The notes below the pieces were generated by a model. The model did not search any database, was not told where the DNA came from, and worked only from the letters and a program-made list of their open reading frames with translations. Positions 39,388 through 49,796 of a stretch of DNA of 64,000 nucleotides are shown here, in pieces (positions within the stretch are counted from its first letter, which is position 1; the number at the start of each line of letters is the position of its first letter). The stretch comes from Acidobacteriota bacterium (GTDB lineage: Bacteria; Acidobacteriota; Terriglobia; Terriglobales; Acidobacteriaceae), in the NCBI GenBank assembly GCA_021778845.1, contig JAJYBU010000006.1, positions 15,677 through 79,676 on the forward strand. Reading direction: 5' to 3'. A program made the translations under genes and the position numbers.

Positions 39388-40503
39388 TTAACCGGCAAGA
39401 GGTTGGCGGCGCTCGACCTTGCCCTGGGCGGCGCGCTCGTACTGGACGGGCCAACTGGCGGGGTGGTGGAGGGCGTCGGCGGCGTGGAGGGGCCAGTAGG
39501 GGTCACGGAGGAGTTCGCGGGCGAGGAGGACAACGTCGGCCTGGCCGGTGCGGATGATCTGGTCGGCCTGCGCGGGGTCGGTGATCATGCCGACGGCGCC
39601 GGTGGCGAGGTGGGTCTCGCGGCGGATGCGGTCGGCGAAGGCGACCTGGTAGCCGGGGCCGAGGGGGATGCGCTGGCGGTGATCGTTGCCGCCGGAGGAG
39701 ACGTCGAGGAGGTCGATGCCTTCGGCTTTGACGAGGCGTGCGAACTCGATGGAATCTTCGATGGAGAGGCCACCTTCTACCCAGTCGACGGCGGAGACGC
39801 GGACCCAGACGGGGAGGTCGGCGGGAAATGCGGCGCGAACGGCGCGGATGATTTCGAGGGGGAAGCGGGCGCGGTTGGCGAGTGAGCCGCCGTACTCGTC
39901 GGTGCGGGTGTTGGAGAGCGGGGAGAGAAATTCGTTGGCGAGATAGCCGTGGGCGGCGTGGACTTCGGCGAGGAGGAAGCCGGCGGTGGCGGCGCGCTGG
40001 GCGGCGGCGGCGAAGTCGGCGAGGATGATGTCCATGCCGGCGCGGTCGAGAGCCTGGGGGAGAGGGTATTCGTCGTGGAAGCGGAGAGCGGAGGGTGCGA
40101 CGACGTTGGTCCAGCCGCCTTCGGAGGGTGCGGCGGTGCGGGAGGGCGTGACCCAGGGAGCGGTCATGCTGGCCTTGCGGCCGGCGTGCGCGAGTTGGAT
40201 GGCGGGAACGCTGCCGTTGGCGCGGATAAAGGCGGCGATGTGGGAGAGCGCAGAGACGTGGGCGTCGGACCAGATGCCGAGGTCGCCGGGGGTGATGCGG
40301 CCTTCGGGGCTGACGGCGGCGGCTTCGGTCATGACGACGCCTGCTCCGCCTACTGCGCGGCTGCCGAGGTGGACGAGGTGCCACTCGGAGGCGAAGCCGT
40401 CGACGGAGCTGTACTGGCACATGGGCGAGACGACGATGCGGTTGGGGAGGGTGATGCTGCGCTGCGGGAGCGGCGAGAAGAGATGGTCGGGCGCGGTGGA
40501 CAT
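39388..40503 (-). CDS. NADH:flavin oxidoreductase (Old Yellow Enzyme, YqjM/NamA-like)
   Basis: NRIVVSPMCQYS, IQLAHAGRKAS, HAAHGYL, RTDEYGGSLANR, RELLRDPYWP. Confidence 0.93.
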   Translation of the reverse strand: MSTAPDHLFSPLPQRSITLPNRIVVSPMCQYSSVDGFASEWHLVHLGSRAVGGAGVVMTEAAAVSPEGRITPGDLGIWSDAHVSALSHIAAFIRANGSVPAIQLAHAGRKASMTAPWVTPSRTAAPSEGGWTNVVAPSALRFHDEYPLPQALDRAGMDIILADFAAAAQRAATAGFLLAEVHAAHGYLANEFLSPLSNTRTDEYGGSLANRARFPLEIIRAVRAAFPADLPVWVRVSAVDWVEGGLSIEDSIEFARLVKAEGIDLLDVSSGGNDHRQRIPLGPGYQVAFADRIRRETHLATGAVGMITDPAQADQIIRTGQADVVLLARELLRDPYWPLHAADALHHPASWPVQYERAAQGKVERRQPLAG

Positions 40504-40585
40504 GGCGATTGGATGCTCGATGCAGCCAGGAAGAAGCGCGGGCGGCGAGGGTGTCGTGTGCGGTTGGGGCGCGTCCAATAGAATA

Positions 40586-41650
40586 GTGAATGCTGTGTCT
40601 ACTACGAATGTAACGGTACTGCCGCCTGAACCCGCGCCTCCTGAGGCGATCCATAACTGCCCGTCGTGCAGCCACTGGCTGCCGGAGGGAACACTGGCGT
40701 GTCCGGATTGCAAGACGCTGACGTATGGCGTGCATTTGAGCGCGATTGCGCGCTCGGCGCAGGAGCTGGAGCAGGAACAGCGGTGGGCGGAGGCGCGGGA
40801 GCGCTGGCGGTCGGCGCTGGCGTGGCTGCCGGAGGAGACACAGCAGGCGGAGAGCGTGCGGGTCCATGTTGCGCAGATCAACGCGCGGCTGAAGGCTGAG
40901 GAAGACAAGAAGACGAAGTGGAAGAAACGGCTGGGGCCGTTTGCGCCGATTGCGCTGTTCCTGATGAAGATCAAGTCGGCGATTTTTCTGCTGTTCAAGC
41001 TTAAATTTCTGATCAGCTTTCTGGCGTTCTTCGGGATCTACTGGGCGCTGTTTGGATGGAAGTTTGCCGCGGGATTCATTGCCTGTTTGTTTATCCACGA
41101 GATGGGGCACTTTGTGGCGGTGAAGCGACGCGGGCTGAAGGCTGAGATGCCGGTGTTCGTCCCCATGATGGGAGCGTATGTGAAGTGGTACGCGCAGGGG
41201 GTGTCGCTGGAGGATTTAGCGTCGATCTCACTGGCGGGCCCGCTGTATGGGCTGATGGCAGCGCTGGCGTGCTATGGGATGTTTGTGGCAACGCACGCGC
41301 CGATCTTTCTGGTGCTGGTGTATGTGGGGGCGTGGATTAATTTTCTGAACCTGCTGCCGGTGCTGGGGCTGGATGGTGCGCAGGCTACGTATGCGCTGTC
41401 GCGGCTGCAGCGGGGGTTGATTGCTACGACCTGCGTGGTGCTGTTTGGATTGTCGATTACGAATGGGGATGTGTTCGGCGAGTCGACGCTGTGGATCTTT
41501 TTGATTGTGGGCCTGGGAATGGCGTGGCGATGCCTTACACACGATGAGCCGGAGAAGCCGAGCACGAAGACGTTCCTGTACTTCCAGGCGCTGGTGCTGA
41601 TCCTGGGCGTGATTGTGTACCGGACGCAGTTTGCAGGGATGGCGAAGTAG
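40586..41650 (+). CDS. Site-2 protease (M50) family protein with N-terminal Zn ribbon
   Basis: CPSC...CPDC, HEMGH, ISLAGP, NLLPVLGLDG; start GTG 40586 or 40595. Confidence 0.88.
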   Translation: MNAVSTTNVTVLPPEPAPPEAIHNCPSCSHWLPEGTLACPDCKTLTYGVHLSAIARSAQELEQEQRWAEARERWRSALAWLPEETQQAESVRVHVAQINARLKAEEDKKTKWKKRLGPFAPIALFLMKIKSAIFLLFKLKFLISFLAFFGIYWALFGWKFAAGFIACLFIHEMGHFVAVKRRGLKAEMPVFVPMMGAYVKWYAQGVSLEDLASISLAGPLYGLMAALACYGMFVATHAPIFLVLVYVGAWINFLNLLPVLGLDGAQATYALSRLQRGLIATTCVVLFGLSITNGDVFGESTLWIFLIVGLGMAWRCLTHDEPEKPSTKTFLYFQALVLILGVIVYRTQFAGMAK

Positions 41651-41660
41651 GTTCGAAGGC

Positions 41661-42806
41661 CTAGCTATAGGTGATGCGGGGCGTGGATTTGCGGATGACG
41701 CGGCCGAGGATGATGGAGCGCTCGTTCATGCGGGTAAGCGTGAGACGCGCCTTCTTGAGGAGGTCGGCGGGGATGACCGCGACCAGGCCGATGCCCATGT
41801 TGAAGGTGCGGAACATCTCGTCGTGATCGAGGTCGCCGAGGGTTCGCAGGTGGGTGAAGAGCTGCGGTGGGTCCCAGGCGGAGAGATCGATCTGAGCGGC
41901 GAGGCCGCGGGGAAGGATGCGGGGGAGGTTTTCGGTGAGGCCGCCGCCGGTGATGTGCGAGAAGCCTGAGGCAACTTCGGCCTGAATGAGTTTGCGAATG
42001 GGGGAGAGATAGCTGCGGTGGGGGCGCATGAGCGCAGCTCCGACCTTGTCGCCTAGCTCGTTGACATACTGCTCGGGGCGGTAGGCGGCGGTTTCGAGCA
42101 GGAGCTTGAGGGCGAGCGAGTAGCCGGTGGTGTGGAGGCCGTTGGAGGGCAGGCCGAGGAGATAGTCGCCTTCGCGGATGGCTTCGCCGGTGAGCAGGCG
42201 GGGACGGCTGACGACGCCGGTGAGGAAGCCGGCGAGTTCGTAGTCGGAGTGGCCGTAGAGCCAGGGAGTCTCGGCGGTTTCGCCACCGAGGAGTGCGCAG
42301 CCGTTGGCTTTGCAGGCGTCGACGAGGCCACTGATGACTTGCTGGACGATGTCGGGGTCGAGGAAGCCGGCGGCGAAGTAGTCGAGGAAGAAGAGAGGCG
42401 TGGCGCCCTGAACGGCGACGTCGTTGACGCAGTGGTTGACGAGGTCGGCGCCGATGCTGGAGTGAAGGCCGAGTTGGATGGCGAGCTCGAGCTTGCTGCC
42501 GACGCCGTCGGTGGAGGCGACCAGGACGGGGTCGGGGAAGCGCGCGGCGTCGAGGGCGAAGAGGCCGGCGAAGCCACCGATTTCGCTGAGAACCTGCTTG
42601 TTGAAGGTGCGGCGGGCGAGGCCCTTGATGCGGTCGTTGGCGAGGACGTGGCGGTCGGTGGAGACGATGGCGTGATCGTCGCTGCGCGGTGCGCGAGCCT
42701 CCTGATGCACGGAGGCGTGCGCGTGCAGAGGATTTGATGGGTGCGACGAGGCGGTGGGGCTTTCACGCGGAGTCTGCGCTTCGTTTTTTGAGATGGACTT
42801 TGCCAA
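41661..42806 (-). CDS. purM: Phosphoribosylformylglycinamidine cyclo-ligase (AIR synthetase), divergent
   Basis: [43 protein letters not shown]; start uncertain. Confidence 0.85.
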   Translation of the reverse strand: MAKSISKNEAQTPRESPTASSHPSNPLHAHASVHQEARAPRSDDHAIVSTDRHVLANDRIKGLARRTFNKQVLSEIGGFAGLFALDAARFPDPVLVASTDGVGSKLELAIQLGLHSSIGADLVNHCVNDVAVQGATPLFFLDYFAAGFLDPDIVQQVISGLVDACKANGCALLGGETAETPWLYGHSDYELAGFLTGVVSRPRLLTGEAIREGDYLLGLPSNGLHTTGYSLALKLLLETAAYRPEQYVNELGDKVGAALMRPHRSYLSPIRKLIQAEVASGFSHITGGGLTENLPRILPRGLAAQIDLSAWDPPQLFTHLRTLGDLDHDEMFRTFNMGIGLVAVIPADLLKKARLTLTRMNERSIILGRVIRKSTPRITYS

Positions 42807-42886
42807 TGACGGCCGCCTTGCTTGCTGGATGGATGTGCAGAGAAAGTTTATCAGCCAGTTTTCGACGCGACTTCTATACTGTGAAT

Positions 42887-44200
42887 ATGGCACTTTCTTT
42901 TGTACGATCAGCGGCGCTGCAGCAGCGCGCTGAGAGGTTTTTGCCGGGGGGCGTGGACTCGCCGGTGCGCGCGTTCCGCGCTGTGGGCGGGCATCCTCCG
43001 TTTGTGGAGAGCGCTGAGGGCGCTTATCTGCTGGATGCGGACGGTAATCGTTTTGTGGATATGTTCGGGTCGTGGGGGCCGATGCTGCTGGGTCATGCGT
43101 TTCCTCCGGCGGTGGCGGCGATTCGTGAGGCGGCGGGGAAGAGTGCGTCGTTTGGAGCGAGTACGGCGGCAGAGGCGGATCTGGCGGAGCTGGTCGAGCG
43201 GTGCTACCCGTCGATTGAGAAGCTGCGGTTTGTGAGCTCGGGGACCGAGGCCTGCATGTCGGCGATAAGGCTGGCGCGAGGGTTTACGGGGCGGCCGTTT
43301 GTGATCAAGTTTGAGGGCTGCTATCACGGGCACGCCGACGCGCTGCTGGTGAAGGCGGGAAGCGGCGTGGCGACGTTTGGGATTCCGGGATCGGCAGGCG
43401 TGCCGGCGGAGACGGTGATGCACACGCTGGCGCTGCCGTATAACGATCTGGCAGCGGTGGAGGCGGCGTTTGAAGCGTATCCGGAGCAGATTGCGTGCGT
43501 GATTCTGGAGCCGGTGGTGGGCAATGCAGGAACGATTGTGCCAGGGGCAGGGTATCTCGCCGGGTTGCGCGCGTTGACGCGAAAGCATGGGGCGCTGCTG
43601 ATCTTCGATGAGGTGATGGTCGGGTTTCGACTGGCTGCGGGTGGGGCGCAGGAGTTGTTCGCGAGTGAGTTGGGCGGGCTTCCGGATTTGACGACGCTGG
43701 GAAAGATTGTCGGCGGAGGGTTGCCGGTGGGAGTGTTTGGTGGACGCGCGGAGATTATGGACTGCCTGGCGCCGCTGGGGCCGGTGTATCAGGCCGGGAC
43801 GCTGAGTGGGAATCCGCTGGCGATGGCCGCGGGCATTGCGACGTTGAAGGCGCTGCTGGAGGGCCGGTCGGAGATTTATCCGAAGCTGGAGAAGACGACG
43901 GCGGCGATTGCGAATGGTGTGGCCAGGCTGGCCGCGGAGCAGGGGGTTGCGTTGACGACCAACCGCGTGGGCAGCATGTTTACGTGGTTCTTTACGCCGG
44001 AGAAGGTGACAGACTTTGCTTCGGCTGCGACGTCTGATACGGCGGCGTTTGCACGGTTTCATCGGGCCATGCTGGAGCATGGCGTGTGGCTGCCGCCGAG
44101 CCAGTATGAGGCCGCGTTTGTGAGCGCGGTGCATGGTGACGCAGAGGTGGAGCTGGTGCTGAAGGCGGCGAAGGCGGCGCTGAAGGCAGCCGTCAGCTAG
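42887..44200 (+). CDS. hemL: Glutamate-1-semialdehyde 2,1-aminomutase
   Basis: [53 protein letters not shown]. Confidence 0.97.
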   Translation: MALSFVRSAALQQRAERFLPGGVDSPVRAFRAVGGHPPFVESAEGAYLLDADGNRFVDMFGSWGPMLLGHAFPPAVAAIREAAGKSASFGASTAAEADLAELVERCYPSIEKLRFVSSGTEACMSAIRLARGFTGRPFVIKFEGCYHGHADALLVKAGSGVATFGIPGSAGVPAETVMHTLALPYNDLAAVEAAFEAYPEQIACVILEPVVGNAGTIVPGAGYLAGLRALTRKHGALLIFDEVMVGFRLAAGGAQELFASELGGLPDLTTLGKIVGGGLPVGVFGGRAEIMDCLAPLGPVYQAGTLSGNPLAMAAGIATLKALLEGRSEIYPKLEKTTAAIANGVARLAAEQGVALTTNRVGSMFTWFFTPEKVTDFASAATSDTAAFARFHRAMLEHGVWLPPSQYEAAFVSAVHGDAEVELVLKAAKAALKAAVS

Positions 44201-44280
44201 CGGAATCTGTGGTGCGGATCAGAGGTCTCCTCAGAGGCTGAAGCCGCGCTCTCAAGATGTGAGCGCGGTGAGGCTGGACG

Positions 44281-45213
44281 TCAGCGGGTGGGGCTGGAGG
44301 CCGTGAAGTCTGAGCAGCAGGGCTTGGTTACGGGCTGAAATTCCATGAGCTCGACGCGGGTTCCGTCGGGGTCGTAGAGGTTGGCCTGCCACTTGCCATC
44401 CCTGCCCATCTGCGGGCCGTCGTGGTGCGGCGGGAGGCGGTCCTGCTGGTAGAGGGTGGTGACGGCCTGCTCCATGTTGGGAACGCCGAGAGAGAAGTGA
44501 TTGAGGACACCGAGATGCTGGGCGCTGAGATTTTCGGTGGGCGTGGTGGAGCCGGGGCCGACCATCATGTACTCGATCCAGTCGTGGCCGTTGGGGACTT
44601 GTTGCGAGATCCAGTCCACGGAGCCGGGATTCATTGCTCCGAACCAGTAAGGGCGGAAGCCGAGGATGTCGCGATAGAAATGGTCTTCATCGGAGCGGCT
44701 GTGGACGAGGTAGCCCACGTGAATGATGTGGGTGCTGATGGGGTGGGTCGTGATGGCGATGGAGTGGGAGGGGGCGGGCTGGAGGAATTGGACGCCGTTG
44801 CCTTCGGGGTCCTGGGTGTCGAACCAGCGGGTGTGGTCGGAGGAGGTGTGGAGCTCGGAGAGGTGAGCGACGTGGTGTGCGGAGAGATAGTGGTGGAGTG
44901 ATGCGGCGTCGGTGGTGGTGTAGGCGACGCAGGCCATGCGGCTGAGGGTGTGGTCGGCGGGGAGGGGAAGGACTTCGATGAACTGCGTGGGGCTGAAGTA
45001 GTAGAGCGTGCCGGCGGGAGACTGCGGATCGGGGGCCTTGGTGGCGCCGAGGATGTGGGCGTAAAAGTTGTCGCTGGCGGCGAGGTCGTGCGCGTAGACG
45101 CACATGTGGGAGATGCCGGTGATCGGCGGGCGGGGCTGCTGCCCGAGAGCGACGAGAGGCGCGACGAGGAGGAATGCGGCGTAGAGCGACTTGCTGAGAG
45201 AGAGCATCTTCAT
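44281..45213 (-). CDS. Secreted two-domain VOC/glyoxalase family protein
   Basis: Signal peptide; two VOC repeats (ITGISH...DPEGNGVQF; HIIHVG...DPDGTRVELMEF). Confidence 0.8.
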   Translation of the reverse strand: MKMLSLSKSLYAAFLLVAPLVALGQQPRPPITGISHMCVYAHDLAASDNFYAHILGATKAPDPQSPAGTLYYFSPTQFIEVLPLPADHTLSRMACVAYTTTDAASLHHYLSAHHVAHLSELHTSSDHTRWFDTQDPEGNGVQFLQPAPSHSIAITTHPISTHIIHVGYLVHSRSDEDHFYRDILGFRPYWFGAMNPGSVDWISQQVPNGHDWIEYMMVGPGSTTPTENLSAQHLGVLNHFSLGVPNMEQAVTTLYQQDRLPPHHDGPQMGRDGKWQANLYDPDGTRVELMEFQPVTKPCCSDFTASSPTR

Positions 45214-45288
45214 TTTGCGGGGCCACCGTACTTTCCGTAGCGACAACAGTATACGGAAGCTGGGGGAGGCCTGGCGGACGTGGTGGGG

Positions 45289-46371
45289 CTACTCGGATTC
45301 TGTGGGGGCGGCGAGTTCGAGGTGGGTCTCGATGTCGTCCAGGCGACACCAGCGGTAGATGGCGATGGAGAGGACCCAGCTTAGGGCGAAGATGCCGATG
45401 ATGAAGTAGCCGAGGACGCCGAAGTTGTTGTTGAGCTTTCCGATGAGGGTCCAGAAGACGCCGCCGAGACGGAGGTGCGAGGCGATGAGGCCGAGGGCTT
45501 CGATGCCGCCGACGGCGAAGGCGACGATGACCGAGACGGAGGTGATGGTGAGGTTGTAGTAGAGCTTGCGGATGGGTTTGACGAAGGCCCAGCCGTAGGC
45601 GCCGAGCATGAGGATGTTGTCGGTGGTGTCGATGAGGGACATGCCGGCGGCGAAGAGGGTGGGGAAGACGAGGATGGACCAGAGAGAGAGGCCGGCGGAG
45701 GCCTCGGCGGCGGCGATGCCGAGGAGGCCGATCTCGGTGGCGGTGTCGAAGCCGAGGCCGAAGAGGAGGCCGAGGGGGTACATGTGCCAACTGCTGCGGA
45801 TGATGCGGAAGACGGGGCGGAAGAGACGAGCGAGGAAGCCTCGGCTGCCGAGGAGGAGGTCGAAGTCTTCGTCTATGTAGGGCTCACCGCGGCGGACGGA
45901 CTGGAAGGTGCGATAGACGGCGCGCAGGATGATGAAGTTGACGATGGCGATGGCGAAGAGAAAGAGCGTGGAGACGAGAGTGCCGACGATGCTGCCGATG
46001 GCGCGGACGTGGTCGATGCGGTGCTGCAGGGCGAGGGCCGTGGCGGCGATGGCGATGGAGCCGATGACGACGATGGTGGAGTGGCCGAGAGAGAACATGA
46101 GCCCGACGGCGACGGGGCGCTTGCCCTCGTGCATGAGCTTGCGGGTGACGTTGTCGATGGCGGCGATGTGGTCGGCGTCGACGGCGTGGCGGAGGCCGAA
46201 GCTGTAGGCGAGGAAGGCGGTGCCGAGAAGGACCGGGAAGCGGTGAAAGGCGACGACGGCCCAGGCCCAGGCGGCGAGGTTGAAGACGGCGAGGAGGGCG
46301 TAGATCGCGAAGACCTTGGCGCGGGTGTTGCCGGGTTGGTCGTTGAAGATGGAACGCAGGGACGGAGGCAT
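45289..46371 (-). CDS. High-affinity nickel/cobalt transporter (NiCoT; HoxN/HupN/NixA)
   Basis: RHAVDADHIAAID, FSLGHST, LFGLGFDTATE signatures. Confidence 0.95.
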   Translation of the reverse strand: MPPSLRSIFNDQPGNTRAKVFAIYALLAVFNLAAWAWAVVAFHRFPVLLGTAFLAYSFGLRHAVDADHIAAIDNVTRKLMHEGKRPVAVGLMFSLGHSTIVVIGSIAIAATALALQHRIDHVRAIGSIVGTLVSTLFLFAIAIVNFIILRAVYRTFQSVRRGEPYIDEDFDLLLGSRGFLARLFRPVFRIIRSSWHMYPLGLLFGLGFDTATEIGLLGIAAAEASAGLSLWSILVFPTLFAAGMSLIDTTDNILMLGAYGWAFVKPIRKLYYNLTITSVSVIVAFAVGGIEALGLIASHLRLGGVFWTLIGKLNNNFGVLGYFIIGIFALSWVLSIAIYRWCRLDDIETHLELAAPTESE

Positions 46372-46565
46372 GGGTGTAGCCCTGAGGCAAGTGGCTTCTA
46401 CAGGGTTAGACGATTGTAGAAGCAGGCCTATCAAAAACCTAACATTGCGCACGCCTCCTGCCTGGTGATGCGAGTCACTGGCGGGCGGGGGTTGCGGCAT
46501 GAGAATGAAGGCGTGTGCGGTTCTGGAGGATTTTATCGAGATCGACAGGACGGCGGGGTTGAAGG

Positions 46566-46976
46566 ATGCATGAGCTTGCGATTGCGTACAGCGTGGTGGA
46601 GATTGCGACACAGAGCGCAGTCGAGGCCGGGGCGACGGGAGTGAAGTCGGTGCATGTGCGGCTGGGGGCGCTGTCGGGGGTGGTGCGCGGGGCGCTGGAG
46701 TTCAGCTATGAGATTGTGTGCGCGGGGACGATGCTGGAGGGGTCTAGTCTGGTGGTGACGGAACTTCCTGCGCGAGTGTACTGCGCGGTGTGCGCGATGG
46801 AGGTGGAGTTAGAGAGCGTGCAACTATTTTGCTGTCCGCGGTGTGACACGCCGAGCGGCGACCTGCGGCAGGGACGCGAACTGGATGTGGAGTTCATTGA
46901 GGTTGACTTACCGGGAGATGCGCATGGAAACACGGGTGCTGGAGATTCGCAAAGGGATTCTGAACAAAAACGATGA
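46566..46976 (+). CDS. hypA: Nickel metallochaperone HypA
   Basis: MHE N-terminus, CAVC...CPRC, GRE. Confidence 0.93.
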   Translation: MHELAIAYSVVEIATQSAVEAGATGVKSVHVRLGALSGVVRGALEFSYEIVCAGTMLEGSSLVVTELPARVYCAVCAMEVELESVQLFCCPRCDTPSGDLRQGRELDVEFIEVDLPGDAHGNTGAGDSQRDSEQKR

Positions 46977-47598
46977 GATTGCGCGCAGGCTTCGGGAGAG
47001 GTTGCATGCGTGCGGACTGCTGACGGTGAATCTGGTGTCGAGCCCAGGGTCGGGTAAGACGGCGTTTCTGCAGCGGACGCTGCGGGCGCTGCGGGAGAAG
47101 GGGAAGGCACCTGCGGCGCTGGTCGGCGACCTGGCTACGGACAATGATGCGAAGCGACTGGCGGAGGCGGGCGTTCCGGTGAAGCAGATCAACACGGATG
47201 GGCGCTGTCACCTGGAGGCGCAGATGATCACGGACCATCTTGCGGATTGGGAGCTGAGCTCGTTTGAGTATTTATTTATCGAGAACGTTGGCAACCTGGT
47301 GTGTCCTTCGAGCTACGATCTGGGCGAGGATGTGCGGGTGGTGCTGCTGTCGGTGACGGAGGGCGAGGACAAGCCGCTGAAGTATCCCAATATCTTCAAC
47401 TCGGCCGATATCGCTGTGATTACAAAGATGGATCTGGCGGAGGCGTGCGAGTTCGATCTGGGCGCGGCGCGGAGGAATATTCAGGCTGTGCGCCCGGGGA
47501 TGCAGGTTTTGACGACGTCGGCCAAGACGGGCGCCGGGATGAGCGAATGGCTGGAGTGTCTTGCGCAGGAGAAACGAGCGCGCGGCGCGGTGGTCTAG
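46924..47598 (+). CDS. hypB: Nickel-insertion GTPase HypB
   Basis: SSPGSGKT, CHL, ENVGNLVCP, EGEDKPLKYP, TKMDL, TSAKTG. Confidence 0.95.
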   Translation: METRVLEIRKGILNKNDEIARRLRERLHACGLLTVNLVSSPGSGKTAFLQRTLRALREKGKAPAALVGDLATDNDAKRLAEAGVPVKQINTDGRCHLEAQMITDHLADWELSSFEYLFIENVGNLVCPSSYDLGEDVRVVLLSVTEGEDKPLKYPNIFNSADIAVITKMDLAEACEFDLGAARRNIQAVRPGMQVLTTSAKTGAGMSEWLECLAQEKRARGAVV

Positions 47599-47815
47599 CG
47601 GAAGACGGTGATGGCGCCGGGTGATGCGAAATGAAGCCGGGGAAATCGCGCTGTGCTTCTGGTCACCGAGCCTGCGCTGCGCCGGATATGATAATAGGTG
47701 GGGTTGCGTACGAATTGACTTAACTTGTCCGCCCAGGCTGTGCTCGATGGTCGAGCGGGCCTCTCAGGGCACCCAACGAAGCACCGGATCAAGGCGTTGA
47801 GCCGCGATCTCAAAT

Positions 47816-49291
47816 ATGGAGAACGTTTTTATGTCGAATGGAACTTGTGACATTGGATTGATTGGGTTGGCGGTAATGGGTCAGAACCTTGTTCTGAACA
47901 TGAATGACCATGGGTATAAGGTGGCGGTGTTCAATCGCACTGTCTCGAAGGTAGATGAATTTCTGAATCAGGAAGCCAAGGGAACGCAGATTGAGGGCGC
48001 GCACTCGATTGAAGAGCTGTGCAGCAAGCTGAAGAGCCCTCGCCGCGTGATGATCATGGTGAAGGCCGGCGAGGTGGTGGACCAGAATATTGCGCAGATT
48101 CTGCCCTACCTGGAGAAGGGCGACATTATTATTGACGGCGGAAATTCGCTGTTTACGGATTCGAACCGGCGCACGAAGGATCTGGCAGAGAAGGGCATTC
48201 TGTTTATCGGCGCGGGTGTTTCGGGTGGTGAAGAGGGAGCGCGCTTCGGTCCGTCGATTATGCCGGGCGGAAACCCTGCAGCGTGGCCGCATGTGAAGGC
48301 GATCTTCCAGGCGATCTCGGCCAAGGTGGAAGATGGAACGCCGTGCTGCGACTGGGTGGGCGAGGATGGAGCCGGCCACTATGTGAAGATGGTCCACAAC
48401 GGGATTGAGTATGGCGACATCCAGTTGATCTGCGAGGCGTATCAGCTGCTCAAGGACGGACTTGGACTGAGCGCGGATGAGTTCGCCGAGGTGTTCACGG
48501 AGTGGAACAAGGGCGAACTGGATAGCTATCTGATCGAGATCTCGGCGACGATCTTTGCGAAGAAGGATGAAGACGGCACGCCGCTGCTGGACAAGATTCT
48601 GGACACGGCTGGGCAGAAGGGCACGGGCAAGTGGACGGCGATCTCTGCGCTCGACCTGGGGATGCCGCTGACACTGATCGGGGAGAGCGTGTTTGCGCGC
48701 TGCCTGTCGGCGCTGAAGGATGAGCGCGTGCAGGCTTCGACGGTGCTGCATGGACCGGCGAAGGCGAAGACGGCTGTGGAGCGCGCAGAGTTCATCGAGC
48801 AGGTGAGGATGGCGCTTTACTGCTCCAAGATCGTGAGCTATGCGCAGGGATACATGCTGCTGCGGGCCGCCGAGAAGGAGTACAACTGGCGCCTGAATAT
48901 GGGCGGCATTGCGCTGATGTGGCGTGGTGGATGCATCATTCGGAGCATCTTCCTGGGCAATATCAAGGCTGCGTATGACAAGAATCCGGAGCTTGCGAAC
49001 CTGCTGCTGGATGAGTTCTTTGCGAGCGCGCTGAATAAGTATCAGGCGAGCTGGCGGAAGTCCGTGGTGCAGGCAATCGAGTTGGGCGTGCCGACACCGG
49101 CGTTCTCGACCGCGCTGGCGTTCTTCGATGGATTCCGTACCGCTCGGCTGCCGGCGAACCTGCTGCAGGCGCAGCGCGACTTCTTCGGAGCGCACACGTA
49201 CGAGCGTACGGACAAGCCCCGCGGCGAGTTCTTCCATACCAACTGGTCGGGCCGCGGAGGCCGCGTCTCGTCGTCTACCTATAACGCATAA
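47816..49291 (+). CDS. gnd: 6-phosphogluconate dehydrogenase, decarboxylating (NADP)
   Basis: GLAVMGQNL, VSGGEEGARFGP, KMVHNGIEY, QAQRDFFGAHTY; start 47816 or 47831. Confidence 0.97.
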   Translation: MENVFMSNGTCDIGLIGLAVMGQNLVLNMNDHGYKVAVFNRTVSKVDEFLNQEAKGTQIEGAHSIEELCSKLKSPRRVMIMVKAGEVVDQNIAQILPYLEKGDIIIDGGNSLFTDSNRRTKDLAEKGILFIGAGVSGGEEGARFGPSIMPGGNPAAWPHVKAIFQAISAKVEDGTPCCDWVGEDGAGHYVKMVHNGIEYGDIQLICEAYQLLKDGLGLSADEFAEVFTEWNKGELDSYLIEISATIFAKKDEDGTPLLDKILDTAGQKGTGKWTAISALDLGMPLTLIGESVFARCLSALKDERVQASTVLHGPAKAKTAVERAEFIEQVRMALYCSKIVSYAQGYMLLRAAEKEYNWRLNMGGIALMWRGGCIIRSIFLGNIKAAYDKNPELANLLLDEFFASALNKYQASWRKSVVQAIELGVPTPAFSTALAFFDGFRTARLPANLLQAQRDFFGAHTYERTDKPRGEFFHTNWSGRGGRVSSSTYNA

Positions 49292-49507
49292 TGCTTTCGA
49301 TGGCGGACTCCACGGTGAAGGTTGGAGCCCGCCTTCGGAAGGTGAATGTTCCTGGCGTGGCTACATCTGGCGCGCTGAGGGCATGCGGTTCTCCGTAACT
49401 TATTCCATAGAACATAACAGCTTCATTGGCTTGGTTTTGCGACTGCTGTTGCACTGAGATTGCGACATGGCGGGTTTGAATTCCAGCGCTCAGCAGGCGA
49501 ATGCAGT

Positions 49508-49711
49508 ATGCATTCCGCCTCCGCGTTGCGTGCCCAGATCGAAGCTGCCTTCGCCGATAGAATTCCTTCGGCGCTGACGCCTGCACCAAGGATTATTCGG
49601 CCACGTGCGGCAACGGGCATCCCGCAGGTGGATGAACTGCCCGAGGGTGGACTGCCGGTTGGCGCGCTCACCGAAATCTGCGGCGCGGCTGGCGTTGATG
49701 ACTTCCACTAA
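49508..49711 (+). pseudogene. Truncated RecA-like (ImuA-type) gene remnant
   Basis: ATGIPQVDELPEGGLPVGALTEICG matches the RecA/RadA pre-Walker-A segment, then stops at the P-loop. Confidence 0.65.
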
Positions 49712-49796
49712 ACGATCACTACGCATGGAATCCTTTTATTCGTCATGATTTAATATTTCGAAAGGCTGCAAATTACCGATTCGCATCCAACCCATC

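Noticed and set aside
46924-46976. HypA C-terminal extension overlapping hypB by 53 nt as programmed frameshifting
   Set aside because: No slippery site is seen; it is simply explained by a late stop codon.
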